Assembly (NCBI GenBank): GCA_958295945.1
Contig: OY282386.1
Coordinates: 1,303,371-1,367,370, forward strand
Length of the DNA: 64,000 bases
Reading direction: 5' to 3'
Source of the DNA: Candidatus Poribacteria bacterium
Lineage (GTDB): Bacteria; Poribacteria; WGA-4E; WGA-3G
Below the pieces are notes generated by a model. That model searched no databases, had not been told where the DNA came from, and saw only the letters and a list, made by a program, of their open reading frames with translations. Shown here piece by piece: positions 29,801 through 38,600 of this stretch (position 1 is the stretch's first letter; each line of letters starts with the position of its first letter). A program made the position numbers and the translations under genes.

Positions 29801-32800
29801 GTGGGACGCTCTGCTAAAAGTTGATCCTGCAAATACAAAATATCAGGATGGACTTGTGGATGCATACAAAGTGGCAAATAGAATTGATGATGCGATTGAG
29901 TTTGCACAAGGATATATACAAGAGAATCCAGATACCGGTCTACACCATACTCGACTTGCAGATTTATATGCATTCAATGGACAGATTGACACTGCGATTA
30001 CAACCTATAAAAAGGCGATAGAACTCTCCCCGAGTGACGCTAAATCACATGAGGAATTAGCCAAACTTTATGAGAAAAATCGAAACTATGATGCTGCAGA
30101 AAAGTCGTATAATGATGCCCTAAAATTCTCAGCACCAGGGAGTAATCAAGCGAAGGTAAGACAGAGTTTGATGAAAATTTATCAACGTCAAGGAAAATTA
30201 GAGGAGATACTGAAACAAGCTGAAGAGCAGGGGACTCTGACCTTTGATATGCAACAGGAAAGAGCACGGATATATCAAAACAACGGAGATATGGAAAAAG
30301 CAGCGAGTGCATACCAAAAGGCTTTAGGAATGACAGCAGATAAATATGCACGCGGTGATATTCAACGGCAATTGATCAGCATCCATTCTAAACTTGGTAA
30401 ATTAGAGGAATATCTGAAGGAAACAGAGAAACAAGGAATGGTATCTTTTGAAATGCAGAGGGAGATTGCACGGTTATATCAAAATAAACGTGAATATGAT
30501 AAAGCGGCAGCTGCCTACAAGAAAGCTGCGCAAATGACTACACAATCTTATGAGCGGCGAGAACTTGAACGACAAATGATGCAACTCTATCGTCAATCCG
30601 GGAAGTTTGAGCAATTTCTAAAAGATATGGAAAAGGATGGCACCCTCTCTGCTGATATGCAGGTTGAGCTTGCAAAATACTACAGTTCACGTGGGAAATC
30701 CGAAAAAGCAATAGAAGCATATCAGAAGGCGAACAATATGACAGATAGCGACCAAGAGGAAATATCAAATCTGATGATGAATGAATTTGTTAAACTTGAC
30801 AAGACTGACAAAGCAATAGAAATATATGAAAGTCTCGTTAGCAATTCCTCAGAAAGTCAGTCAATTAGCTATTACAGCGGATCCTCTGGTTTCCGAATAC
30901 AATCTGAAAAAGAACAAGCACGTGAATCCTTAATTAACGTCTTTAAACGCAATAGAAAACTCAACGAACTTGAGAAGATTTACAGTACTAAGTTGGAAAA
31001 GGAACCGAATGATACAGATATTCTTACTGTTTTAGCCGAGATACACCGCAATTCTAAAAATTATGAAAAAGCTGCAGAAGTCTATCAGAATCTATGTAAA
31101 ATAGAACCAGAGAATGTTCGCAATTATTTTTATGCTGCTGCGTCTCTTGAAAAAATTGGACAGAAAGAACAGTCGCAAGCATTGATAGAACAAGGGAATA
31201 ATGCCCTTTCGTCGAGACCAGACAATAAAGATTCCATGTTGTTATGTACACTTGGTTCTATCTGCTATGAAAGCAAAATGTATGAACCGGCAATTACATT
31301 GTTCAAAGAAGCAGCTAAAGTGAATGAATTGACAGGTATCAATAGTAATATCCGATGGCAACAAGAGAATATATATGAAATACTTGGCAAAAGTTATATG
31401 GAAACCAAGCAGTATGAGGAAGCAGTTGAGGCGTATCAGCATAAACTGAAACTTACGACACATGATCATTCCAGAGAGAGAATTGAAAAGGCAATTAAAC
31501 AAGCCTATGATGCGGGGAATCTCCACGAGAAACATATTCCAGAACAGTTGGAAAAGGTCCAACAGAATCCGAATGATGTCAATGCAAGAATTACACTTGC
31601 TGAGAGTTACGTGTCAAGTGAGAGGTATGACGAGGCAATTGTTCAGTTTGAGAAGATCAGCGAATTGCAACCGAACTCTCCGAAATGGCACAAAACTGTA
31701 GGGGATTTATACGGAAAGACTAAACAGACTAACAACACAGAATGGCTACAAAAAGCTGCAACTGCGTATGAGAAAGCAATTGCACTGGATCCGAATTCCT
31801 ATGAATTCTATGACACTTTAGCAAAGTTGTATGCGGAAAACGGTGATTCTACAAAAGCCGAAGCAGTCTATATAAGAGCACTGAATGCATCCCACAATCC
31901 AGATGAACATGATAAGGTCGTCAATGCCATTTTGGATCTTGATAAGTCATATAGGGAATTAGACAAACGGCTTGAGAAACTTGAAGAAATCAATACAAAA
32001 AAACACCATAGCACACTTTTACATAAACTATTGGGTGATACCTATTTAGCTTCAGGTGATACGGAAAAAGCCTCTGTATCTTATAAGAAGTGGTTGGAGA
32101 TAGTGAAAAAAGAAAGTGAGAAAGGTAAGCGTGCGATGGCATTATATCAATTTGCTGAACATCTGTTGGATACAAACAAACTACCAGAGATTGCATTAGA
32201 GGCAGCAAAGCATGCAACGCAAGCCAGATCGGATGCAACCTATTTCTCAACATTAGGCAACGCCTATCTGGTCAATGAACAATTTGAAAATGCATTTGAA
32301 CAATTTGAACGAAGTTTTAACCTTATGAATCAATCCGGCGGTTTGCGCGGTAACAAGTTAGAACCTTTATTGAGACGTATTTCACAAGCGATCGAAAATA
32401 TGCAAGATAAGTCTCGGTATCAGGAACTGATGGGTAAACTAATTGATTCAATCCCGACTGATGTTGACACTGAACTTGAAACCATCTTGTTATTGGCAGA
32501 TTTCTGTCGTAAACTCAATTTGACTGATAAGGCAAAGGCATTCGTACAGAAAACGGGTTTCTTCCCTCAAACTGCTTGGTTAATACTCGGTCCGTTTGAC
32601 AATGCGAACGGTGTTGGATATAGTACTGCTTTCATTCCTGAAGAACAGACGCAAATTGATAAAACCGCAGAATATGATGGGGTAACAGGTAAGATAAAAT
32701 GGGTCAAAAGTTCTGATGAGATCTTTGATGGGTTCTCCGACTTTGGTATGTATGAGCAATTCTATGCCGCTTATGCCTGGATTTCATTTACATCCCCTGA

Positions 32801-33056
32801 AGAGAGGGAAGCAGAAATCCGATTTGATAGTGATGACCAAGGTAAAGTGTATTTGAATGGTAAAAAAGTATATGCACATAGAAGAACACGGGGTGCGACC
32901 ATTGACCGACGCACTATTCCTGTAACGCTTGCTGCAGGAGAAAACACTATCCTTGTCAAAGTCTGCAATGAATCTCTACCGTGGGGATTCTATTTGCGCA
33001 TTACTGATACGGATGGAAATCCTTTTGATGATTTGAAAGTCGTAGATACTGAATAG
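23859..33056 (+). CDS. giant secreted TPR-repeat protein (3065 aa) with a C-terminal galactose-binding-like beta-sandwich domain
   Basis: AAGGAGA RBS, signal peptide and dozens of TPR units. The C-terminal 150 aa (LGPFDN ... FRFDSDDQGKVYLNGKKV ... LVKVCNESLPWGFYLRITDTDGN) are shared with the 708-aa paralog. Confidence 0.85.
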   Translation: MLVKKYIILLSVFSVFFSGLFFVTLSFSQDEATDEKIIERYKLMLIRKPKEGSTFDRLYQFYLEGSGLEAMVSDYQSEAQEKPNDPNIQLILGHIYKRLGKDEEALTAYQRAVELSQNDYYAHFALGQLYVILRHHEDAISELTKATSLSEQAQTISPEELTDIYKTLGHAYFSRDMLDEAIKAWEKISELDPDDIFARIELADLFREQELYTQAIAQYEEIIKLKKDDTYRKCLSMREIGKIHEESGEYQKALQQYDAALDLTAQGNWLRKDLQHRIIAIYSADANWKDLIAYYDVKLETNPNDPETLGLLAAAYIENQQLEEGIDTYKKGLALAPTDTGLRLSLIGALRDAEKFEDAAVEYETLSEQHPDDIGIYRELGKLYLQLENEEQAKGVYQRLIDRDPKSANIYITLAEIYTGHEWLEDAVAAYQKATELDTDNLDYIEYYGDFYYRQGESPKAIETWNRMVVDTKSTAENYDRLARLLETKKFSDEAIDASRKAVELMPATYRFRESLAKRLMNNELYVEALVEYTEAMKLAPNAFFAEQMDDKRIELYKRQGTLVKRIEEIETELDTPELADNDKFAQQKRLAKMYLKLGNTAYALEILLDAKKLRPDDINVNRWAANIYVKQGRRDEAINIYRHLTNIDNTNAREYYSNIAKIYLETLDFEKAKEAAKQVVAHSPRNPEGHHLLAQIAMQSGDYDTSVDSFKQAIRLRPEAIDIRSELAQLYHNSGDFRLAIAQYWRCWNLSDNISDKLSFIQPLGEAYYSLGRRTELAERLKQMAKSQMAISQTSGIASVLALAQVYRNEGDLSSARFQLARALDQRRENPELLYQLVGISLDLGDIEEALSYQQQLVKADPDPIHQQKLGELLFDVGREQEAVQTWSKVLHQKKHTLDAEIRLAKLLIRHGLMEEAFFALDNAAEKITGADAYIGLYQIGATLVEISEPEKALPYFQQIVEMSKPAQGTGFATTKKKSRTTNTNPNSFYGPPGTNIYKLHLASILSQRVQPQQYSSRNVSPWVPTTFEEAQAAALVQVKSIMDDLGQLDDMFAQYEEKVTANPKDIQTLELLAQLYILMKNQEKTDEVLDKLLTASPDNLVYQGIKLGLLVDQEGFQYDSFINYLDKMTGLTLDGKNWYLLEFASIFLSQGKRDSAEKMLDELDGMNVLQLSNGHRLMDLLVRMGRIEQAEEMLSELPTTTGARTSQQYTRIYETVSNTYLSNGDPDKAIEYFWKYIEKTNPTVSNTRYVASLTYSTYSSSQTYQTNFPSPTSYYTQTRLDFLQKFFNKIWIKEQQELFYTVLEDKYNGSEGRNRIYPALAISYCKWWDGKRDKSLEVLNKLQEEFPDDLSLKMNTIFVSIQSGKYNVALDVVKELIHSDPKNLNQYYDLTLQIAMYTGDSSVVRDLMKNILNSPTSVQQLHNFSQKLQSVGFTQYAVAVSQKAMDLVLRERDPSFLRKFSTHLNDLGRGQDAARLTQRAAKLENLKVLSGQTLPNMNIRSVTLSPKRLKMIQDREAKLVKIVEQNPKSFKAQSNLAAFYSSRNQVQKAIQTYQAALELRPNDSTLRNQFADMLRRVGEAKKAVEQYTYLLKNNISTSQYSYYQYGYIIETFIQAGEIKKLISIAKEMVGNNQGSGRSNEFVRRIAQHFRNNNNNVIPLIEIYEKSLESGSETHFYDLVSAYMSTGNRDKARQLLVGKLKTGPAERQVNVVLRLSNLDEGLDDLKNLAKEYEEKFPMDTAESSMLYLLTILKIATNDLEGSDIYVEKLLKNKSNNIGSYWLHTIANAYQDKGDSDRQQRMLEAAIEIVDLNNTGQLSNTYQSLGKIYADKGEKEKAKKAIRKMGNLRLMRSGGARFYDKDTVARTYMDHGLYDEAEVLLIEIINDLSAHSYYRERAQEQLVTIRVRRGGTDNRLENTMDDMNIALLRTKAQEEKGRGNYYEAIRIYEQIVKKSPDDLGSRAELASLYTLQNEQDKAIEMWDALLKVDPANTKYQDGLVDAYKVANRIDDAIEFAQGYIQENPDTGLHHTRLADLYAFNGQIDTAITTYKKAIELSPSDAKSHEELAKLYEKNRNYDAAEKSYNDALKFSAPGSNQAKVRQSLMKIYQRQGKLEEILKQAEEQGTLTFDMQQERARIYQNNGDMEKAASAYQKALGMTADKYARGDIQRQLISIHSKLGKLEEYLKETEKQGMVSFEMQREIARLYQNKREYDKAAAAYKKAAQMTTQSYERRELERQMMQLYRQSGKFEQFLKDMEKDGTLSADMQVELAKYYSSRGKSEKAIEAYQKANNMTDSDQEEISNLMMNEFVKLDKTDKAIEIYESLVSNSSESQSISYYSGSSGFRIQSEKEQARESLINVFKRNRKLNELEKIYSTKLEKEPNDTDILTVLAEIHRNSKNYEKAAEVYQNLCKIEPENVRNYFYAAASLEKIGQKEQSQALIEQGNNALSSRPDNKDSMLLCTLGSICYESKMYEPAITLFKEAAKVNELTGINSNIRWQQENIYEILGKSYMETKQYEEAVEAYQHKLKLTTHDHSRERIEKAIKQAYDAGNLHEKHIPEQLEKVQQNPNDVNARITLAESYVSSERYDEAIVQFEKISELQPNSPKWHKTVGDLYGKTKQTNNTEWLQKAATAYEKAIALDPNSYEFYDTLAKLYAENGDSTKAEAVYIRALNASHNPDEHDKVVNAILDLDKSYRELDKRLEKLEEINTKKHHSTLLHKLLGDTYLASGDTEKASVSYKKWLEIVKKESEKGKRAMALYQFAEHLLDTNKLPEIALEAAKHATQARSDATYFSTLGNAYLVNEQFENAFEQFERSFNLMNQSGGLRGNKLEPLLRRISQAIENMQDKSRYQELMGKLIDSIPTDVDTELETILLLADFCRKLNLTDKAKAFVQKTGFFPQTAWLILGPFDNANGVGYSTAFIPEEQTQIDKTAEYDGVTGKIKWVKSSDEIFDGFSDFGMYEQFYAAYAWISFTSPEEREAEIRFDSDDQGKVYLNGKKVYAHRRTRGATIDRRTIPVTLAAGENTILVKVCNESLPWGFYLRITDTDGNPFDDLKVVDTE

Positions 33057-33307
33057 CGAATTGTCTGAACCATGATGAATCGGCGGGATTAGAACCCTCC
33101 AACAATGTCCGAAGCGCAATGAATTGCACGACTCCAAACGCTTTCTTTGTTAATAATTAGAAATTGAATAACCCACCAAACTGCATCCGAAAATGTGTAT
33201 ATGTAATTATACACACTACAATTATTGTGTCTTACAAACCCTATGAAGTCGGCTTTCAACGTCAACCCTAAAATATTATTCATATCACAATCTCAAGGAG
33301 GAATTAG

Positions 33308-35434
33308 ATGACAAAATACAACAAAATAAACATCTATTGTCTACTAACAATCATCTTCTTTAGTTTCAGTTTCTCATTACCATCTTTTGCACAGGATAAT
33401 GAGATCAGTGAAAATATTGAAGATGTGATTGATGTTGCATTAGATTTAGACGGTGAATTGAGTTACGTAGAAATTGATGATAGCGAAATATTAAATGAAA
33501 TTAACGGACAAGTAACGGTGTGTGCTTGGATTAAAGCAACAAACTTTCCTACCAGATATCTACCAATCATATACAAAGGGGATGAACGTCTGCCCGGTAT
33601 CACAAACCGTAGTTTTGTGATGTATCTACGACATGATGGTGCGTTGCAATTCGCTTCTTCACCTGATGGAAAAAATGAGAAGTATATCTTCTCACCAATG
33701 GGTGCAGTCAAACTCAATAAATGGCATCATGTTGCTGGCGTTGTGGACACGACGAGAAATATCATCAGTGTCTATGTTGATGGTGTGGAAGCAGGTTATA
33801 GAGATTTTGGTAGAAACAGAAGATTTTATGAAAGCACACTACCATTAAAAATCGGTGGCACACATGAAGAGACTAATCATAACCACAGATCGTTTGTCGG
33901 ACAGATTGATGAGGTAAGCGTCTGGGATGTTGCCTTGACTGAAGAACAAATCCAAAACAATATGAATAACCGTTTGACAGGGAATGAAAGAGGATTGGTC
34001 GGTTATTGGAAATTTGATAAACAGAATGATGGTGAAATTTCCGATATGACCCATAATAAACTCAATGGGAAGTTGGTTGAAAACGCAAGATTAATAGATT
34101 ACATCCGTCCTATTCCAACAGGACTAAATCCAGAACAGCTTGAAAAACAAGCAATTCTATATGAAAAAGCACTCAAACGTGGAACAGTTTCTTATGAGAT
34201 ATACAGCACACTCGCTGAAATATATCTCAAAACAGGACGTACTGCTGAAGCGGAGAAAATATACGGACAGTCTTTAGAGGTGGATCTCAGACAGTCTGAA
34301 CATGGCGAGGCAATGAAAGCACTGTGGCAATTATATGATAGTGCAGGGAAAGAAAAAGCATTTATCACACTATTGGAAAAGTTGAAACAGGATATGCAAA
34401 AAAGTTCAGTCCTGTTTGAACTCTTAGGTGAGGCGTACACTAAAGTTGGTGACAAACAGAATGCGAAGGATGCCTACGCACAATGGATCAATCTGCGAAA
34501 AGATGAAGTTTTTCAGCAAGGTCTGTCATCTGCATATTATGAACTTGCGGATAAACTTCTTGAGAAAAACATATTTCCTGAAATCGCGTTGGAGTTGGTT
34601 TTAAATGCAGCAGATGTTGAACTGGACAGAGATTACATATTAGTGCTGGCACATGCATTCGTCGCGAATGAACAGTATGATGAAGCATTCCGACTCATAA
34701 AAAACATCTATGATATGTCTTATCTGCCCTTTGTTGAACGAAGGTTATTAACGCGGGTTGCAAAAGCAGGTAAAACTGTCAAGGATAAAGAAGGCTATGA
34801 GAATATGTTGAATGAGCTCATAGAATCTGTGTCAGACAATTTACGTTCTCAACTTCAGACAATGCTTGTTTTGGCACAAACCTATCAGGAAACCGGAGAA
34901 CACGAAAAGGCTGATGACCTTATTCGGAAAACAGGATTTATCACAGAAGATGCATGGCTGGTTCTTGGTCCTTTTGATAACTCGGGTGGGATAGGCTACA
35001 ATACACAGTATATCCCAGAAAACTTGCCGAGGATTGATACTTCCAAAGAATATGAAGGAAAAAATGGTACGGTACGTTGGAAAAAGATAAAGAACATTTC
35101 ACTCTTAGGAGATATCCGTTTAGGTAAAGAGACTGATTGGAGTGTTGCGTATACTTTTGCAACAATCCATTCACCTGATGAACGTGAAGTTGAATTTCGT
35201 TTTGATTCAGACGACCAAGGCAAAATCTGGGTTAACGGTATTGAAGTTTTCACACATACCAAGACGTTTACTGCGGAAATTGACAATTTCAAATTTCCTG
35301 TAAAACTGAATGCAGGGTTAAATAGTGTTCTCGTCAAGGTATGTGAACAAACAGGTGGCTGGGGATTTTATCTGCGAATAACCAACAAAGATGGTAATAC
35401 TTATGATGATTTAGATTTTATGAAAGTAGAGTAA
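33308..35434 (+). CDS. secreted LamG (concanavalin-A-like lectin) - TPR - galactose-binding-like-domain protein (708 aa)
   Basis: AAGGAGGA RBS and signal peptide. Laminin_G_3-like block (ALDLDG ... WHHVAGVVD ... VYVDGVEA ... IDEVSVWDVALTEEQI). C-terminal domain paralogous to that of the giant protein. Confidence 0.8.
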   Translation: MTKYNKINIYCLLTIIFFSFSFSLPSFAQDNEISENIEDVIDVALDLDGELSYVEIDDSEILNEINGQVTVCAWIKATNFPTRYLPIIYKGDERLPGITNRSFVMYLRHDGALQFASSPDGKNEKYIFSPMGAVKLNKWHHVAGVVDTTRNIISVYVDGVEAGYRDFGRNRRFYESTLPLKIGGTHEETNHNHRSFVGQIDEVSVWDVALTEEQIQNNMNNRLTGNERGLVGYWKFDKQNDGEISDMTHNKLNGKLVENARLIDYIRPIPTGLNPEQLEKQAILYEKALKRGTVSYEIYSTLAEIYLKTGRTAEAEKIYGQSLEVDLRQSEHGEAMKALWQLYDSAGKEKAFITLLEKLKQDMQKSSVLFELLGEAYTKVGDKQNAKDAYAQWINLRKDEVFQQGLSSAYYELADKLLEKNIFPEIALELVLNAADVELDRDYILVLAHAFVANEQYDEAFRLIKNIYDMSYLPFVERRLLTRVAKAGKTVKDKEGYENMLNELIESVSDNLRSQLQTMLVLAQTYQETGEHEKADDLIRKTGFITEDAWLVLGPFDNSGGIGYNTQYIPENLPRIDTSKEYEGKNGTVRWKKIKNISLLGDIRLGKETDWSVAYTFATIHSPDEREVEFRFDSDDQGKIWVNGIEVFTHTKTFTAEIDNFKFPVKLNAGLNSVLVKVCEQTGGWGFYLRITNKDGNTYDDLDFMKVE

Positions 35435-35523
35435 ATAGTGTAGGAGATTAATTGGAATATCATTCGTTGCTATATCTGATTCTCACCGTATTCATCTTAA
35501 AGGGAACTAACTCTCCACACATT

Positions 35524-35597
35524 GTAGTGCGGGGTCTCTGTGCCCCGCCGTCATTTCCGTAATTTAGACATGGTGGGGCACAGAGACCTCGCACTAT
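35524..35597. repeat. REP pair in inverted orientation: GTAGTGCGGGGTCTCTGTGCCCCGCC ... GGTGGGGCACAGAGACCTCGCACTAT
   Basis: Read directly. Intergenic between two TPR genes. Confidence 0.55.
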
Positions 35598-35651
35598 ATA
35601 AGATATATGAGATACACTCTAACAATTCAACTCATTAGGAGATATTTTTAT

Positions 35652-38600
35652 ATGACATGTTCAAAATTGTCTTTCTGCTTTGTAATTTTCATGTTAATCA
35701 CAGTAGGTACTTTCATAGCAGGACTTGAAGCGCAAGACACCGAAGAAAATAACACACCGCTACAAGATTTCATCAATGAAGCACAAACGTTAGTGCGATG
35801 GAACCAATTAGATGAAGCAATAGAAATCTACGAAAGAATAGTGATAGCAGCACCCGAAGACTATACATCTCTATTAGAACTCGCAACGCTTTACTCACGC
35901 ACAAATCAACATGAAAGCGCGGCGCAAACCTATGGCGAACTGCTTGAATTTGACACAGAAAATATAACCTATCAGGATGGACTTGTTAGCAGCTTACAAG
36001 CTGCTGGTAAATACGATGAGGCACTTGAACTCGCGCAGTCCTACATCCAATCAGATCCAACAGTAAGTAAACACTACGCACGACTCGGAAGACTCTATGA
36101 AGTTGAGGGTAATGAACATGCTGCCATCGCTAACTATAAGAAAGTAATTGAATTAGCAACCGGTGATAAACAAACGTATCTTAAGCTCGCAAAACTATAT
36201 TTTCTCAATGAAGACATAGATGCTACAGAAATGGCGTTGAAGAATGCCATTCTATCGCCCACATCCGCATCAGCGCGACAAGGTATTGAACGGCAATTGA
36301 TCAGTTTTTATCGCTATCATGGGAATTTAGGAGAGAAGTTACAACAAGCTGAAAATGATGGGACAATCACATTCCAGATGCTGAAAGTCCTTGCCGAATA
36401 CTACAACAAAACCGGAGAACTGGACAATGCTGCTAATGCCTATAAGCGGGCACTTGACATGACAACCAGTTCTTCTGAGAAAGTTAGAATCTTTGCTGAA
36501 TTGTTCAAGGTATATATTCAACTCGGTGATATGGATTCGGTAATAGAACCTTATGAAACAGAGGCGAATTTGTCTATAAACAGCAAAACATTGTTCTACA
36601 CTTCTGAAAGAATTACAGTGACATCGGCAAGAATTGCACCAATATACAAATTTGAGACTGCACGTGACACATTGATTGGTGCTTTCAAGAGCCAAGATAA
36701 ACTTGAAGTGTTAAAAACATATTATGAAGGTAAACTTCATGAAAATGATGAGAATCCTGTTGCACGAACAATATTGGCAAGGATATATTGGGATGAAAGG
36801 GATTATCAAAAATCTGCTGAAATGTCCGAAGCACTTGGCAAAGCAGATTCTAACAATGTCCGTTATTTTTATTATGCTGCAGCTGCATTAAAAAGAAACA
36901 AACAACCTGAATTAGCCGATGAAATGCTTAATCAGGCGAAAACAGCACTTGCAGCCTGTAGCGAGAAAGATGACCCGTGGTTTCTTGGTTCACTTGCAAC
37001 AATCTGCAATGAAAATAGAATGTTTGAACCAGCACTTGAACTCTCCAAATCTGCCATTGAAATGAGTGAGAACGAAAAAGATAGTAGGATTCTGGATACT
37101 TTGCATGGAATACTTGCGAAGAGTTATCGTGAGACAAAACAGTACGAAGAAGCTCTTGACATATATCAGAATATGGCAAGCATAGAAAGGAATATCAGCG
37201 TCCGAAATAGGGCAAATAACGCGATCCGGGAAATCATCAAAGAGGGAAAACTATATGAAAAACTGATTCCTGAACAACTGAAGAATGTTGAGAAAAGCCC
37301 TAACAATCCAGAGATGATCTTGGAACTCGCGGAGAGTTATGAAGCCATAGATAATATCAAAGAAGCAATTGTGCAATATGAAAAACTTGCGGAACTGGAA
37401 CCTGAAAGAAGCTACGTCTACAGGAAGTTGGGTGACTTGTATCAAAAAGTGGATCGTGAGGTAGAGGAGGTAATGGAGGACAATGCACTTAGCTTAGATG
37501 GAGATGGGAGTTACGTTGAAATCGTGGACAGTGAGATGATTGACAATATCTCCGAACAAGTTACGATATCTGCATGGATCAAACCAACAGATTTTCCAAA
37601 CACCTGTACGACTGTACTTTTCAAAGGCAACAAACGAACACCTGATCATTCTCATCGTCAATTCGCGCTCTGGTTGTTTGATGAAGGTCTCGCTTATTTT
37701 GACGCATCCCCTAACGGTCTTTATATAAGATGGATTGCCTCTGAAAGCGAATCTATCCAAAGAAATCAATGGTACCACGTAGCAGGAACCATTGATGCCA
37801 AGAATGACAGTATAAAGTTATATCTAAACGGTACTGAAGTCAGAACAAGTAATTTTAAGGGACAGAGAAATTTGACTAAGACCACACTGCCATTGCGAAT
37901 CGGTTGTTCGCATGAAGAAGAAATATCTGAGCACGCATCATTTGCTGGACTAATTGATGAAGTGCGGGTTTGGAACATCGCGCGCACTGAAAATCAAATC
38001 CGTTCAGATATGTCCAAGCAGCTGAAAGGAGATGAAGCCGGTTTAGTAGGTTATTGGAAATTTGATGCAGAAACTGAAGGACGCGTTTCCGATAGTTCAC
38101 TCAATAAAAATGATGGCAAACTTGTTGGAAATGCTAAACTTGAACCTTACACTCGTCCAATTTTGGCAAGTTTAAAAGCTGATAACTTGACAAAGGCTGC
38201 ATCCTATTATGAAAAAGCCATTGAACTCAGACCAACTACATACCAGTATTATGATCGGTTAGCAAAATTATATATGGATCAGAACCAGGTATCAGATGCT
38301 GCCTATGTATATCGACGAGCATTAGACGCACGATTTAGACAAACAACCCTTGAAACAATAATTCGCGCTATCTCCGAACTTTACATTGATGAAGGGCAAG
38401 AGGACAAACTCATTGCTATCCTTGAGGAAGTAAAACCGAAAATGCAGGAGAGCGTGGTCCTGCACGGACTTTTAGGTGATCTCTACAAAAAAATAGGTGA
38501 TGCCGATAAAACTGAAATTGTAAACGCGAAGTGGTTGAAATTGAGAGAGCAAGAGGTGAACATACAGGATACACATTACCAACGTTGGTTTGCTGAAGAA

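Noticed and set aside
24390-32968. Numerous 60-120-aa ORFs on the minus strand inside the giant TPR gene, and similar antisense ORFs inside the SNF2, MTase and WD40 genes
   Set aside because: Low-complexity antisense frames within long, well-supported genes, with no RBS or recognisable sequence features
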